From an uncultured archaeon (GTDB lineage Archaea > Asgardarchaeota > Thorarchaeia > Thorarchaeales > CAZPUN01), in contig CAZPUN010000043.1 in assembly GCA_964589775.1 (NCBI GenBank), positions 1 to 25,269 on the forward strand: a stretch of DNA of 25,269 nt. Reading direction: 5' to 3'. The stretch's first letter is position 1; each line of letters begins with the position of its first letter. The notes below the pieces were generated by a model. It saw only the letters and a program-made list of their open reading frames with translations. It was not told the DNA's origin and searched no databases. Shown piece after piece: positions 9,531-18,381 of this stretch. The translations under genes and the position numbers were made by a program.

Positions 9531-10148
9531 ATGAGTGAAGAGCCAGAGTTACTATGTCCCCTTGATAAATATTTAGCGGCAGGTTGCCATATTGGGACTC
9601 AAGTTAAAACACAAGATATGGAACCATTTGTATATCGAGTTAGGCCCGTAGGATTATATGTGCTTGATGTTAGAAAAACTGATGAACGAATTCGAGTAGC
9701 TGCAAAGTTTATTGCACGATATGAGCCATCTCGTGTTATGGTTGTAGCTGGTCGATTATATGGAAAGCGTCCTGCAGAAATGTTTGCATACTATACCGGT
9801 GGGCATGCAATAACTGGGCGATTTATCCCTGGTACCTTGACAAATCCTAATTTTCCAAAGGGATATATCGAACCAGATCTTGTAATATTAACAGATCCCC
9901 GAACAGATATGCAAGCTTTAGAAGAGGCTACAAAAATTGGCGTACCAATTGTCGCATTATGTGACACCGATAATGTTACTTCGAATGTTGATCTTGTAGT
10001 TCCTACAAATAATCGTGGTAGAAAATCATTAGCATTAATTTATTGGCTGCTTGCAGTTCAAGTTCTTAAAGAACGTGGCGAGATTCCTCCTGATGGAGAG
10101 CCCGCATTTTCTGTGGAGGATTTTGAACCACAAACACCAAAATTATAA
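9531..10148 (+). CDS. rps2: 30S ribosomal protein S2
   Basis: [57 protein letters not shown]. Confidence 0.97.
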   Translation: MSEEPELLCPLDKYLAAGCHIGTQVKTQDMEPFVYRVRPVGLYVLDVRKTDERIRVAAKFIARYEPSRVMVVAGRLYGKRPAEMFAYYTGGHAITGRFIPGTLTNPNFPKGYIEPDLVILTDPRTDMQALEEATKIGVPIVALCDTDNVTSNVDLVVPTNNRGRKSLALIYWLLAVQVLKERGEIPPDGEPAFSVEDFEPQTPKL

Positions 10149-10171
10149 ATGCCCCCTTTTTCTTTTTAATT

Positions 10172-10190
10172 AAAAAAAAATTATATAAAT
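10172..10190 (+). promoter_or_regulatory. Putative BRE/TATA promoter of tRNA-Pro
   Basis: A-run followed by TTATATAAA about 30-40 nt upstream of the tRNA 5' end at 10220. It is preceded by a T-rich tract after the rps2 stop. Confidence 0.5.
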
Positions 10191-10219
10191 TATTAATCTA
10201 TATGTTATCCTGAATATGT

Positions 10220-10296
10220 GGGCTGGTAGTCTAGCTTGGTATGATTCTTGACTCGGACTCAAGAGGTCGGGAGTTCAAGTCTCCCCCAGCCCACCA
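10220..10296 (+). tRNA. tRNA-Pro(CGG), intronless, CCA encoded
   Basis: Acceptor GGGCTGG/CCAGCCC-A-CCA; anticodon stem CTTGA/TCAAG with loop CT-CGG-AC; T arm GGGAG-TTCAAGT-CTCCC. Confidence 0.93.
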
Positions 10297-10326
10297 TTTA
10301 TATTCAAATTAATTCTTATTTTAATT

Positions 10327-11028
10327 ATGTCATACATTACTGATGCAACACTTACACTTGCAAAAAGAATTGCAGGAGATATTGTTATTTCTGATCATCC
10401 TGGTTTAGTGCTTAAAAAATGGCGTGAATTATTTCATATTTCTCAAATCGTATTGGCTGAGCATCTTAAAATATCTCCATCTGTTATTAGTGATTATGAA
10501 TCAGAGCGCCGAAAGTCTCCTGGAAAAGAAATTATTAAAAAATTCGTACTTGCATTACTTGAAATTGATGAGATAAATGGTGGTTCAGTATCTTCACCTC
10601 TAAAGAGATTATTGGGTGATGAACTTTCAATAGACGTATTTGTAGACTTGTTTGATTTTATGGAACCAATATCTATTGATAGTTTATGTAAAGCCATCTC
10701 TTGTGAAAAGAGACAATTAAATTCGCCAATATCTGAAATATTAGGATATCTAATAATTGATTCTGATTTACTAATCAAAAAATTCTCAAATGACCTTTTA
10801 AGAAAAATTTTTGAATCGTCTATATCTCGTGCGATTATTTTTACAAAAGTTATAAGTGGGCGGTCGATACTTGTACTTTTAAAAGATTTTTCAAACATTC
10901 CCAATTTAATTATTCTTCACGGTGGAAAACAATTATCTGAAAATATACGCGATACGCCTATAATGATCACCACTATGAATCTTAATGATTTGATTCATAA
11001 ACTACGCTCTCTAAGTATTAAGATGTAG
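10327..11028 (+). CDS. Archaeal XRE-type HTH transcriptional regulator (COG1709-like)
   Basis: IAGDIVISDHPGLVLKKWRELFHISQIVLAEHLKISPSVISDYESERRKSPG N-terminus typical of this conserved archaeal family. Confidence 0.82.
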   Translation: MSYITDATLTLAKRIAGDIVISDHPGLVLKKWRELFHISQIVLAEHLKISPSVISDYESERRKSPGKEIIKKFVLALLEIDEINGGSVSSPLKRLLGDELSIDVFVDLFDFMEPISIDSLCKAISCEKRQLNSPISEILGYLIIDSDLLIKKFSNDLLRKIFESSISRAIIFTKVISGRSILVLLKDFSNIPNLIILHGGKQLSENIRDTPIMITTMNLNDLIHKLRSLSIKM

Positions 11029-11035
11029 ATGTAAT

Positions 11036-11135
11036 TGGCGCGGGGTGAGGGATTTGAACCCCCGAGCCTTAAAAGGCACTGGATCTCCCTCAAATTTTAT
11101 TCGAGTCCAGCTCCTTACCGCTAGGATAACCCCGC
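11036..11135 (-). tRNA. tRNA-Ser(CGA) with 15-nt anticodon-loop intron, CCA encoded
   Basis: Acceptor GCGGGGT/ACCCCGC-G-CCA; stem CTGGA/TCCAG enclosing 22 nt (7-nt loop plus 15-nt intron, about 11085-11099); long variable arm; GGGGG-TTCAAAT-CCCTC. Confidence 0.92.
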
Positions 11136-11146
11136 TTAAAAATTAA

Positions 11147-11234
11147 TGGTGCGGAGGGCGAGATTTGAACTCGCGAACCACTACTGGACAGGATCCTAAG
11201 TCCTGCGCCTTTGACCAGACTTGGCAACCTCCGC
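11147..11234 (-). tRNA. tRNA-Leu(TAG), intronless, CCA encoded
   Basis: GCGGAGG/CCTCCGC-A-CCA; CAGGA-CT-TAG-GA-TCCTG; long variable arm; GCGAG-TTCAAAT-CTCGC. Confidence 0.96.
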
Positions 11235-11254
11235 ATTCATATTTGTTTAATTAA

Positions 11255-12685
11255 TCAATTACTTATGTATTTTTCTTTTAGTAACTCATTGTATTTTTCA
11301 AGGGCGATATTTTTTGCTTCTTCAGCAATTTCTTCTGTAATATATCCTCTTTCTAGTGCTCTTGCTAGAAGTTGTTGGTCTATAATTCGTGGTTTTTCTC
11401 CATATTTTGCTACAACATCTATTTCTAAATCTATATATCGAATATGGTCTGGATAAATTTCGATTGGTGTATTTATATTAACATAAATTCCTTTAATTTT
11501 TCCGTTTTTTGAAAAATACTGAGTCTTTAAAAATTTACTTCCTTCTACAATTTCTGTTATTGCGAAATCTCCCTCTTCACGTCTTATTCTAATTCCATCA
11601 TAACGACTATGACCAAATGAACCAGTTCTATGGCCACTCCAAAATACCTTTTTTATAATATATTTACTATCTGTTCGCTCAATTATTCGACCCTTGGTTA
11701 AGATGATTGTTCTACCATCTAGTTTTACATGTTCGACTGATATTATATCCCCTAATTTAGGTAATTTATTTTTTAATATTTGATTTATTTTTCTAGTTAG
11801 ATAATCTTTTTCAATTATGCCATCTTTTAATATTTCTTCTGATAATGTTACAATATCTCCAAACCCTGCACTTGTTAAGAAATGATGTCTATCTATCGTG
11901 GGAATAATTTGTCTTCTAATTTTATCTAAAGCAATCTTGGAATCATATGGAAATTCAATATCTGCATTTCCAGTTCCTTCGAAAATTCTATAAGGTACAG
12001 GTGCAGTTTCATAGGCCTTTAGAATCTCTTCAGCTTTATCCATCAATTCATGAATTCTATATATTAATTCATCATTTTCAATACGAGCTGCAGAAGTTCT
12101 CCATAAAATGCCTTTATTATTTTCTCTAATTTTATGACCTAGTAAAAATAATTCTTTTCTACGTTTTGGATCGCGAATTTTAGTACTAATCCTTACAACC
12201 GGTTCTGGTAATAGTACTGCAACATCACTCGGTATTGTAATTTGTGTAGATACTATTGGTAAATGTCTTCCATAATCATGTTCTTTTACTTGGACTAAAA
12301 TTGTATCTGTATTTTTGTCATATGTATCCTTTAAGATTGCAATGGTATCTCCTAAATCTACTTTGATAGGTCCATTTTCATAATCGCGTCCAAGAATGCG
12401 TGCTTTATATATGGAATTCTTTGTTACTTTTGGTGTTCTTGTAATTACAGTTCCTATTCGTTTTCTTAGAACATTTTTTAGATCCTCTAATGCTGATTGT
12501 TCTCCGATGGCAATTATTCCTTGTAAATCGCTTCGATCCCATATTTCCATGTTTGGTATGTCCTCTTTTACAAGTAAACCTAATCGACTCGCTACCTCTG
12601 TTGTTGGCTGTACAATTTCATAATTATTTTCAGCGAGTATTTTTGTCAACGCAGTAGCGTAAATTCCTCTAATCTTAACTTTCAT
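11255..12685 (-). CDS. fau-1: FAU-1 / AU-binding RNase (RNase E/G-like region plus DUF402)
   Basis: MKVKIRGIYATALTK start, GILWRTSA, VEHVKLDG, GIYVNINTPIEIYPDHIRYIDLEIDVV (DUF402). The ORF extends to 12721 but the family start matches ATG 12685. Confidence 0.88.
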   Translation of the reverse strand: MKVKIRGIYATALTKILAENNYEIVQPTTEVASRLGLLVKEDIPNMEIWDRSDLQGIIAIGEQSALEDLKNVLRKRIGTVITRTPKVTKNSIYKARILGRDYENGPIKVDLGDTIAILKDTYDKNTDTILVQVKEHDYGRHLPIVSTQITIPSDVAVLLPEPVVRISTKIRDPKRRKELFLLGHKIRENNKGILWRTSAARIENDELIYRIHELMDKAEEILKAYETAPVPYRIFEGTGNADIEFPYDSKIALDKIRRQIIPTIDRHHFLTSAGFGDIVTLSEEILKDGIIEKDYLTRKINQILKNKLPKLGDIISVEHVKLDGRTIILTKGRIIERTDSKYIIKKVFWSGHRTGSFGHSRYDGIRIRREEGDFAITEIVEGSKFLKTQYFSKNGKIKGIYVNINTPIEIYPDHIRYIDLEIDVVAKYGEKPRIIDQQLLARALERGYITEEIAEEAKNIALEKYNELLKEKYISN

Positions 12686-12749
12686 AATTGAAGCCTCAGA
12701 ATACAAAGATTCTTGGGGCATTTTGCCCCTAAAAACTTCATAAATGGCG

Positions 12750-13013
12750 CTAATCTCGTATAGTTTCTAATATGCTGGAAACATTCCAAATTCTTGTTCT
12801 TGCATGACTTGGACAATTTGGATCTTGTGATGGGTCGTCTAGAATTGAGATTGCATTTTGTGCTCTAACTGCAGGTGTTCCTTCTCCATGTTCTAGTACA
12901 TCAATCGCTTCATTTGCAGCTCTTCTAATATTTCTGGGTACTGAATTATCCTCAGCAATTGTTTTTAATAAGCCTATTGATTGATTTATCCTCTGTTGAA
13001 TATCATCATCCAT
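12750..13013 (-). CDS. UPF0147 family protein
   Basis: IAEDNSVPRNIRRAA...AISILDDPSQDPNCPSHARTRIWNVSSILE signature. Confidence 0.92.
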   Translation of the reverse strand: MDDDIQQRINQSIGLLKTIAEDNSVPRNIRRAANEAIDVLEHGEGTPAVRAQNAISILDDPSQDPNCPSHARTRIWNVSSILETIRD

Positions 13014-13214
13014 GATAATCACTTCCACATAATAAGTTCTAATTAAATCTGAATAATAATTATATTGTAATTTAATTATAATCTTATCTTAATATACAAA
13101 TTATATAATCGCAAATACTGTTATTCATTATACTTAAAACATTTTTCTTATTCACACAAATTTTTTATAATATTTTTTAAGATAACTTTTATTAATAATA
13201 ATCGGTGAATATCC

Positions 13215-13556
13215 TTGGAAGAATGGCGAAAGAAAGTTGTCCAGCTATTGCGATCTGGTGCTACATTATTATCTGAATCTTGTCCTGAATGTAATGTGCC
13301 ATTAATAAAAATTAAGGATGAGGTTTTTTGCCCGAAATGTGGTAAAAAAATAGTTTTTGTGAAAAATGAGAGTCAAGCGATCTCTGCATTAGATAATGCA
13401 GTTCTCCCAAAAATCAATCAAATTATCTTAGAAAAAACGCAGATAATTTCAGACCAAATAAAAAATGCTAATGACACACGTGATTTGATTGATATGGGGC
13501 GTCTTTTATTAATTTGGTTAGAAGCTTTAGAAAAAATTAAAAAAATATCAAGTTAA
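13215..13556 (+). CDS. UPF0148 / Sjogren's syndrome-scleroderma autoantigen 1-like Zn-finger protein
   Basis: LLRSGATLLSESCPECNVPL...VFCPKCG; TTG start after GGTGA. Confidence 0.88.
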   Translation: MEEWRKKVVQLLRSGATLLSESCPECNVPLIKIKDEVFCPKCGKKIVFVKNESQAISALDNAVLPKINQIILEKTQIISDQIKNANDTRDLIDMGRLLLIWLEALEKIKKISS

Positions 13557-14509
13557 TTTTCGTCTCTTACCCCTTCTTTGGAAATAGTTGCTGTTATTAC
13601 TTCAATATTTTGATTTTGTAACATCTTTTGTATATTTTGTTGATTATTCTCTTTTGTCAAAATCAAAAGACATCCTCCACCACCAGCTCCTGTAATTTTA
13701 CCTCCAAGTGCGCCATTTTTCAGTGCTGTTCCTATGATATTTTCAATGATATGATTTGAGACTCCAATTGAAGCTAAAAGTCCTTGATTAATGTTCATTA
13801 ATTCTCCGATTCTTTCCCAATCGCCTTTTAATAAAGATTCTTTCCCTATTTTTGCAATAGAACCCATTGCATCAAAAATGTGTTTTACTATATCCGGATT
13901 TCTGTTATATAATTGTCGAACTTTTTCAACTAATTGTTTTGTAGATCTTGAAATTTTCGTATTTACTATAATTAGCGGAGGTGTATCGTTTATATTTAGT
14001 CTTTCTATTTTTCCATTATAAAATTCTAAGGCACCACCCCATGTAGAAATTGTATTATCAATTCCACTAGGTGTTCCATGGAGTATTTTTTCGCCTTCAT
14101 ATGCAATTTTAGAAACTTGTTCTTTGTTAAATTTTAAATCTAAAATTCTAGATACTGCATATGCTGTAACAACTGAAACCGCTGCTGATGATCCTAATCC
14201 ACCGCCTATTGGAATTTCCGATTTTATTGTAATTTCTAGACCTTGATTATATTCTGAGATGTCTAATATTTTCTTAGCTACATAATAAATTGGATAAGTT
14301 GGACTATTGTTATATTCAGAGTTATTATCGTATGCATGTTCTAAGTTTAGATCTGGGGTTCTTATTATTATTTTTCTTTCTTTGATTTTTCGTACTGTTG
14401 CATATGCTCTTTTATTAATTGCAATTGCAAGTGCAGGTTTTTTATAAACTACGCTGTGTTCTCCAAAAAGTAAAACTTTTCCTGGAGCAGAAGCTTTGAT
14501 GGTTTCCAT
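13553..14509 (-). CDS. mvk: Mevalonate kinase
   Basis: SAPGKVLLFGEHSVVY, PIGGGLGSSAA, HGTPSGID, GKITGAGGGGC GHMP-kinase motifs. Confidence 0.96.
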   Translation of the reverse strand: METIKASAPGKVLLFGEHSVVYKKPALAIAINKRAYATVRKIKERKIIIRTPDLNLEHAYDNNSEYNNSPTYPIYYVAKKILDISEYNQGLEITIKSEIPIGGGLGSSAAVSVVTAYAVSRILDLKFNKEQVSKIAYEGEKILHGTPSGIDNTISTWGGALEFYNGKIERLNINDTPPLIIVNTKISRSTKQLVEKVRQLYNRNPDIVKHIFDAMGSIAKIGKESLLKGDWERIGELMNINQGLLASIGVSNHIIENIIGTALKNGALGGKITGAGGGGCLLILTKENNQQNIQKMLQNQNIEVITATISKEGVRDEN

Positions 14510-14510
14510 T

Positions 14511-15425
14511 TCACTCGCCTTTTAGTACGTAATCTAATATAGCCATTCGAGTGACTACACCATAATAAACTTGCTTAAAGTATCGTGCATGTTTTGTATT
14601 ATCCACATCCGGAGTTATTTCATCAACCCTCGGTAATGGATGCATAATTATCATATTTTCTTTTGCATTTGTTAACATTTCCGAAGTTAAAATGAATTTT
14701 CCTTTCAGTTTATTATACTCTGAAGGGTCCAAAAATCTTTCTTTTTGTATTCGTGTCATATATATGACATCTACATCAGATATGTATGATTTTATTTTGT
14801 TTGTAGTAATTATTTTTATTCCTTTATTTTTTATTTCTTTTATTGTTTGCTTATTTAATGATAATTCATCAGGTGATGCTAATATTAATTTTACATCATA
14901 ATTAGATAATGCATGTATTAATGAATGGATTGTTCGACCATATTTTAGATCCCCAGCTAACATAATCGTAAGTCCGTCAATTTTTCCTATCTCTTTACGA
15001 ATTGTATATAGATCTAATAATGCTTGTGTGGGATGTTCTTCAGACCCACTTCCTGCATTAATAATTGGTACCGTTGAAAATTCCGCAGCAACTTTTGCAG
15101 CGCCATCACTAGGATGTCTTATGGCAATTGCGTCGCAGTAATTTGAAACAGTTCTAATTGTGTCAGCTAAGGTTTCTCCTTTTTTAATACTTGTTGCAGC
15201 ATCTGTTGCAAAACCTAATACAGAACCACCCAGACGGATCATTGCACTTTCGAAGCTAAGTCGGGTTCTTGTACTTGGTTCAAAAAAAAGTACACCTAAA
15301 ATTTTTCCTTTTAATATCTCCGACCCTGAATAATATACTTTTTCCATTTCTTCAGCTTTTGCGTGTATAGAATCTATGTCTGTTCTATTCATATCTTTTA
15401 TTGAAATTATATTCTTTATTTTCAA
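14511..15425 (-). CDS. pyrB: Aspartate carbamoyltransferase catalytic subunit
   Basis: FFEPSTRTRLSFE, KGETLADT, HPTQALLDLYTI, GDLKYGRTIHSL, YMTRIQKERF, MHPLPRVDEI. Confidence 0.98.
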   Translation of the reverse strand: MKIKNIISIKDMNRTDIDSIHAKAEEMEKVYYSGSEILKGKILGVLFFEPSTRTRLSFESAMIRLGGSVLGFATDAATSIKKGETLADTIRTVSNYCDAIAIRHPSDGAAKVAAEFSTVPIINAGSGSEEHPTQALLDLYTIRKEIGKIDGLTIMLAGDLKYGRTIHSLIHALSNYDVKLILASPDELSLNKQTIKEIKNKGIKIITTNKIKSYISDVDVIYMTRIQKERFLDPSEYNKLKGKFILTSEMLTNAKENMIIMHPLPRVDEITPDVDNTKHARYFKQVYYGVVTRMAILDYVLKGE

Positions 15426-15452
15426 GTAGATATCCCTCGAATATATTTTATA

Positions 15453-18278
15453 TTATATTATTATTTTGTGTAATTTCCATATATCTGAAATTTTATCTTC
15501 TATTATAAGTTTTGCAATTTTATCAATTATTTGAGGGAATGCTGGTAATACAATTGAATTACTAAAGAATTCATATTTTTCAATTATTTTATTTAATGCT
15601 TCTGCTGTCAGACTATCCTTTGTAAGAATTAGATGGATTTCTGCGCCATTTCCAATTGTTAATATTGCCTTTTTATATTGTGTTAGGTTATCTTTATTTG
15701 TTAGTTCAAGTTCATTATTTACTATTGATATTGCAATTCTATTTGTTAAAATATCTATCTTATCTATTGGATTAATAATAAAATCAATATTTAATTTTTG
15801 AAAGAGTGTAATTATATATTTAATAAGAATTTTTCTTGATATTTTTTCACAAAACATTTTATTGGTTAATATATAATCCGTTTTTAGTAGTGGTGAATAA
15901 CATTTTGTAATCTTATGTTCTTGAATAAGGTTTTTTATAATTTTTTGTACATATTTGCTGTCAACACTTATTGACTTTGCATAATTTATCAGATCTTTAT
16001 AAAGTAGAAAACCTTTGGTATCAATTTCTGATATAATTCTAGAAATAAGATCTTCTTTCTTTTTGTAATCTTGCTTAATTTGATCTGGCTCAGCTTTAAA
16101 CTTCACGCAATCACATAAATTCGTTTTGATTAAAAATGGATGTAATATGTGGGGCATGACAACAATCGCATGACCTATTGGTGCATATTTTAGAAATTCT
16201 GCAGATTCATCCGAAAGCATCATAAATTTTTTAATTATGTCTATATCATATGGGACTCTAAAGGCTATTTTAGTTGCAGTGTTAGCAATTATATTTTTAC
16301 TAATATTCGGTCGACTAGATATTACAATAACTCCTTCTCCAGTAGCACGTTCCAATAATACAATATCCTCACTTGTTCCCATTTCTGCAGATGTTTTTCT
16401 TGAGTATATTTCAGGAACTAAGAAATGTGCTTCTTCAATAATTAATAAATGTTTTAAATTACTATAAAATCCTCGTTTTAATGCTGAAATAAAGACAAAT
16501 GATGTAAGAATATTAACAAAAAGCTGAACATCCTTTGAATTCCCAGTGATTCTAATTTGTGATAGATCAATTATTACTCGTTTATTCATCAAACTTGATA
16601 TATCAATTTGGTTTTCTTTTTGATTGAAAATATTTGCTAAAGGCGGCTTCAAAAATGGTTGCAATCTTGAAATTAAAGCATCTTTTGATGCCTGAATTGA
16701 ATCTTCATCGTTTTTTATTTCTCTAATTAAATCCTCAAATATACATGCTTTGTTTTTCATTGCTGACTTTAAAGATTTTAATAATAGCTTTTCCATTGCT
16801 GGGGTTAATTCAGAAGATGTTGAAAAGTCTAATATCTCTTTAATTATTGAATATATTCTTGTTGCATGATTTTCTATTGAGTTATCAATTGGAGAAAATA
16901 AATTAATATGCATCGGAAAATCTTTCGAGCTTGGTTTGAAAAAAATAATTTTTTTGGGGCTTGTTGTCATTAATGATATATATTCTCCTTTATAATCCAA
17001 TATCATAAATGGAATATCTGTTTTTCTTTGTATTTCATCTAATAGGCATTTAACAAATGTAGACTTTCCTGAACCTGTTTGTCCAAATACTGCCATATGC
17101 CTTGTTAGATAGTCTGTTTGAATCCCAACAGAAAAAATTGGTTTTCTGTCAAAAATAGCATCTCCTATATAAATTGGTCCAGAAACATCTTTTTCATCAG
17201 GAATGATAAATTCTGGAAATGATGGTTTGACTATTTGTGGCAATTGAATTGTGGGTAATGTTAAATACGTTGAAAGTCTTAATGTTCCAATGCCTTGTGA
17301 AAAACTCTTTCCATTCTTTAAATAATTTAATATTGTTTTGGAAGGATCTCGTAATTTTACAGAAACTGTAAAATTTGATTCTGAAAAAATTGTTTCAATT
17401 TGGTGAATGACATTTTCAATTCCTGCTTTATGATATTCCAAGCTTTTCTTTGATATTACAATCAAATCAATTGATGAATTCCACCAACTTTCATAGCGCG
17501 TGAGTTCATCATATAACTTCTCATAAATATAGTATTCTTTGCTTGTTATATCCTTCTTTTTAAGGTTCACATATTTTTTCTTGATTTTATATTTTGTAAT
17601 TTTTTCATTTTTTGGCCAAAATGTAATTCTAAAAGAAATATCTACATTATTTATATGTAATAAATATTTCATAAGTTCATTTATTGAATTATTATCTTTT
17701 GTTGGTATTCCTTTTATGATTCCTATTGTAATATATTCATTTTTTGTTTGGTATATTTTTTTATTTATCTTTTTACTAAATAACGCACTTATATGTAATC
17801 TTTTTTGCAAGTCTTTTCCAGTTAAGCGTGTAATATTTGCATTTTTATATTGATTATATATTAATAGATGAATTTTAGAAAGTTCTCTAGAAACTATTGA
17901 TTTATCTTTTATGGTTCCATTAAATATTATATAATAATAAATTGCAGGTTTATTTTTTGATACATTAAGTTCATAAGATATTTTTACATTTTTATTCCAG
18001 TCTTTGTTAATTGATGTAAGTATTTCTGGGATTTTTGATTTTGTTTCCTTAAGTTCAATAGAGTCAATTTTAAAACCTATAAAAGTAGTTGTTTTTAATG
18101 AATCTTGAATTATTATGTGATCTTCCCGAAGAATTATTTTTATTTTTGTAAGGTATTTAAAATTAATGATAAATATTATAATCTGTACAAGTATCATAAT
18201 GTTTGAATAAATTTGGTTTTTTATTGCAATGATAATAAGTATAATAATTATGTTTAGGATGACCATGTATTTTTTCAA
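15453..18278 (-). CDS. Membrane-anchored HerA/VirB4-like (DUF87-type) P-loop ATPase, 941 aa
   Basis: Two N-terminal hydrophobic segments; RHMAVFGQTGSGKS (Walker A); ILDYKGEY; INLF; VIIDLS; LLIIEEAH (Walker B); IIANTATKIAFR; PIGHAIV. Confidence 0.85.
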   Translation of the reverse strand: MKKYMVILNIIIILIIIAIKNQIYSNIMILVQIIIFIINFKYLTKIKIILREDHIIIQDSLKTTTFIGFKIDSIELKETKSKIPEILTSINKDWNKNVKISYELNVSKNKPAIYYYIIFNGTIKDKSIVSRELSKIHLLIYNQYKNANITRLTGKDLQKRLHISALFSKKINKKIYQTKNEYITIGIIKGIPTKDNNSINELMKYLLHINNVDISFRITFWPKNEKITKYKIKKKYVNLKKKDITSKEYYIYEKLYDELTRYESWWNSSIDLIVISKKSLEYHKAGIENVIHQIETIFSESNFTVSVKLRDPSKTILNYLKNGKSFSQGIGTLRLSTYLTLPTIQLPQIVKPSFPEFIIPDEKDVSGPIYIGDAIFDRKPIFSVGIQTDYLTRHMAVFGQTGSGKSTFVKCLLDEIQRKTDIPFMILDYKGEYISLMTTSPKKIIFFKPSSKDFPMHINLFSPIDNSIENHATRIYSIIKEILDFSTSSELTPAMEKLLLKSLKSAMKNKACIFEDLIREIKNDEDSIQASKDALISRLQPFLKPPLANIFNQKENQIDISSLMNKRVIIDLSQIRITGNSKDVQLFVNILTSFVFISALKRGFYSNLKHLLIIEEAHFLVPEIYSRKTSAEMGTSEDIVLLERATGEGVIVISSRPNISKNIIANTATKIAFRVPYDIDIIKKFMMLSDESAEFLKYAPIGHAIVVMPHILHPFLIKTNLCDCVKFKAEPDQIKQDYKKKEDLISRIISEIDTKGFLLYKDLINYAKSISVDSKYVQKIIKNLIQEHKITKCYSPLLKTDYILTNKMFCEKISRKILIKYIITLFQKLNIDFIINPIDKIDILTNRIAISIVNNELELTNKDNLTQYKKAILTIGNGAEIHLILTKDSLTAEALNKIIEKYEFFSNSIVLPAFPQIIDKIAKLIIEDKISDIWKLHKIII

Positions 18279-18381
18279 CTTTGATCCCTTTTATCTTCTC
18301 TCCTCCATTAGTATTCGATATTAAAATATAAACTCCACATGTGGTCTTTTTATATTTTCATACTTTAAAATAAAATGAGCA

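Noticed and set aside
10494-14901. ORFs 10494..10904, 11211..11456, 11947..12129, 12396..12623, 13791..14021 and 14692..14901
   Set aside because: Antisense shadows of the HTH gene, tRNA-Leu/fau-1, mvk and pyrB.
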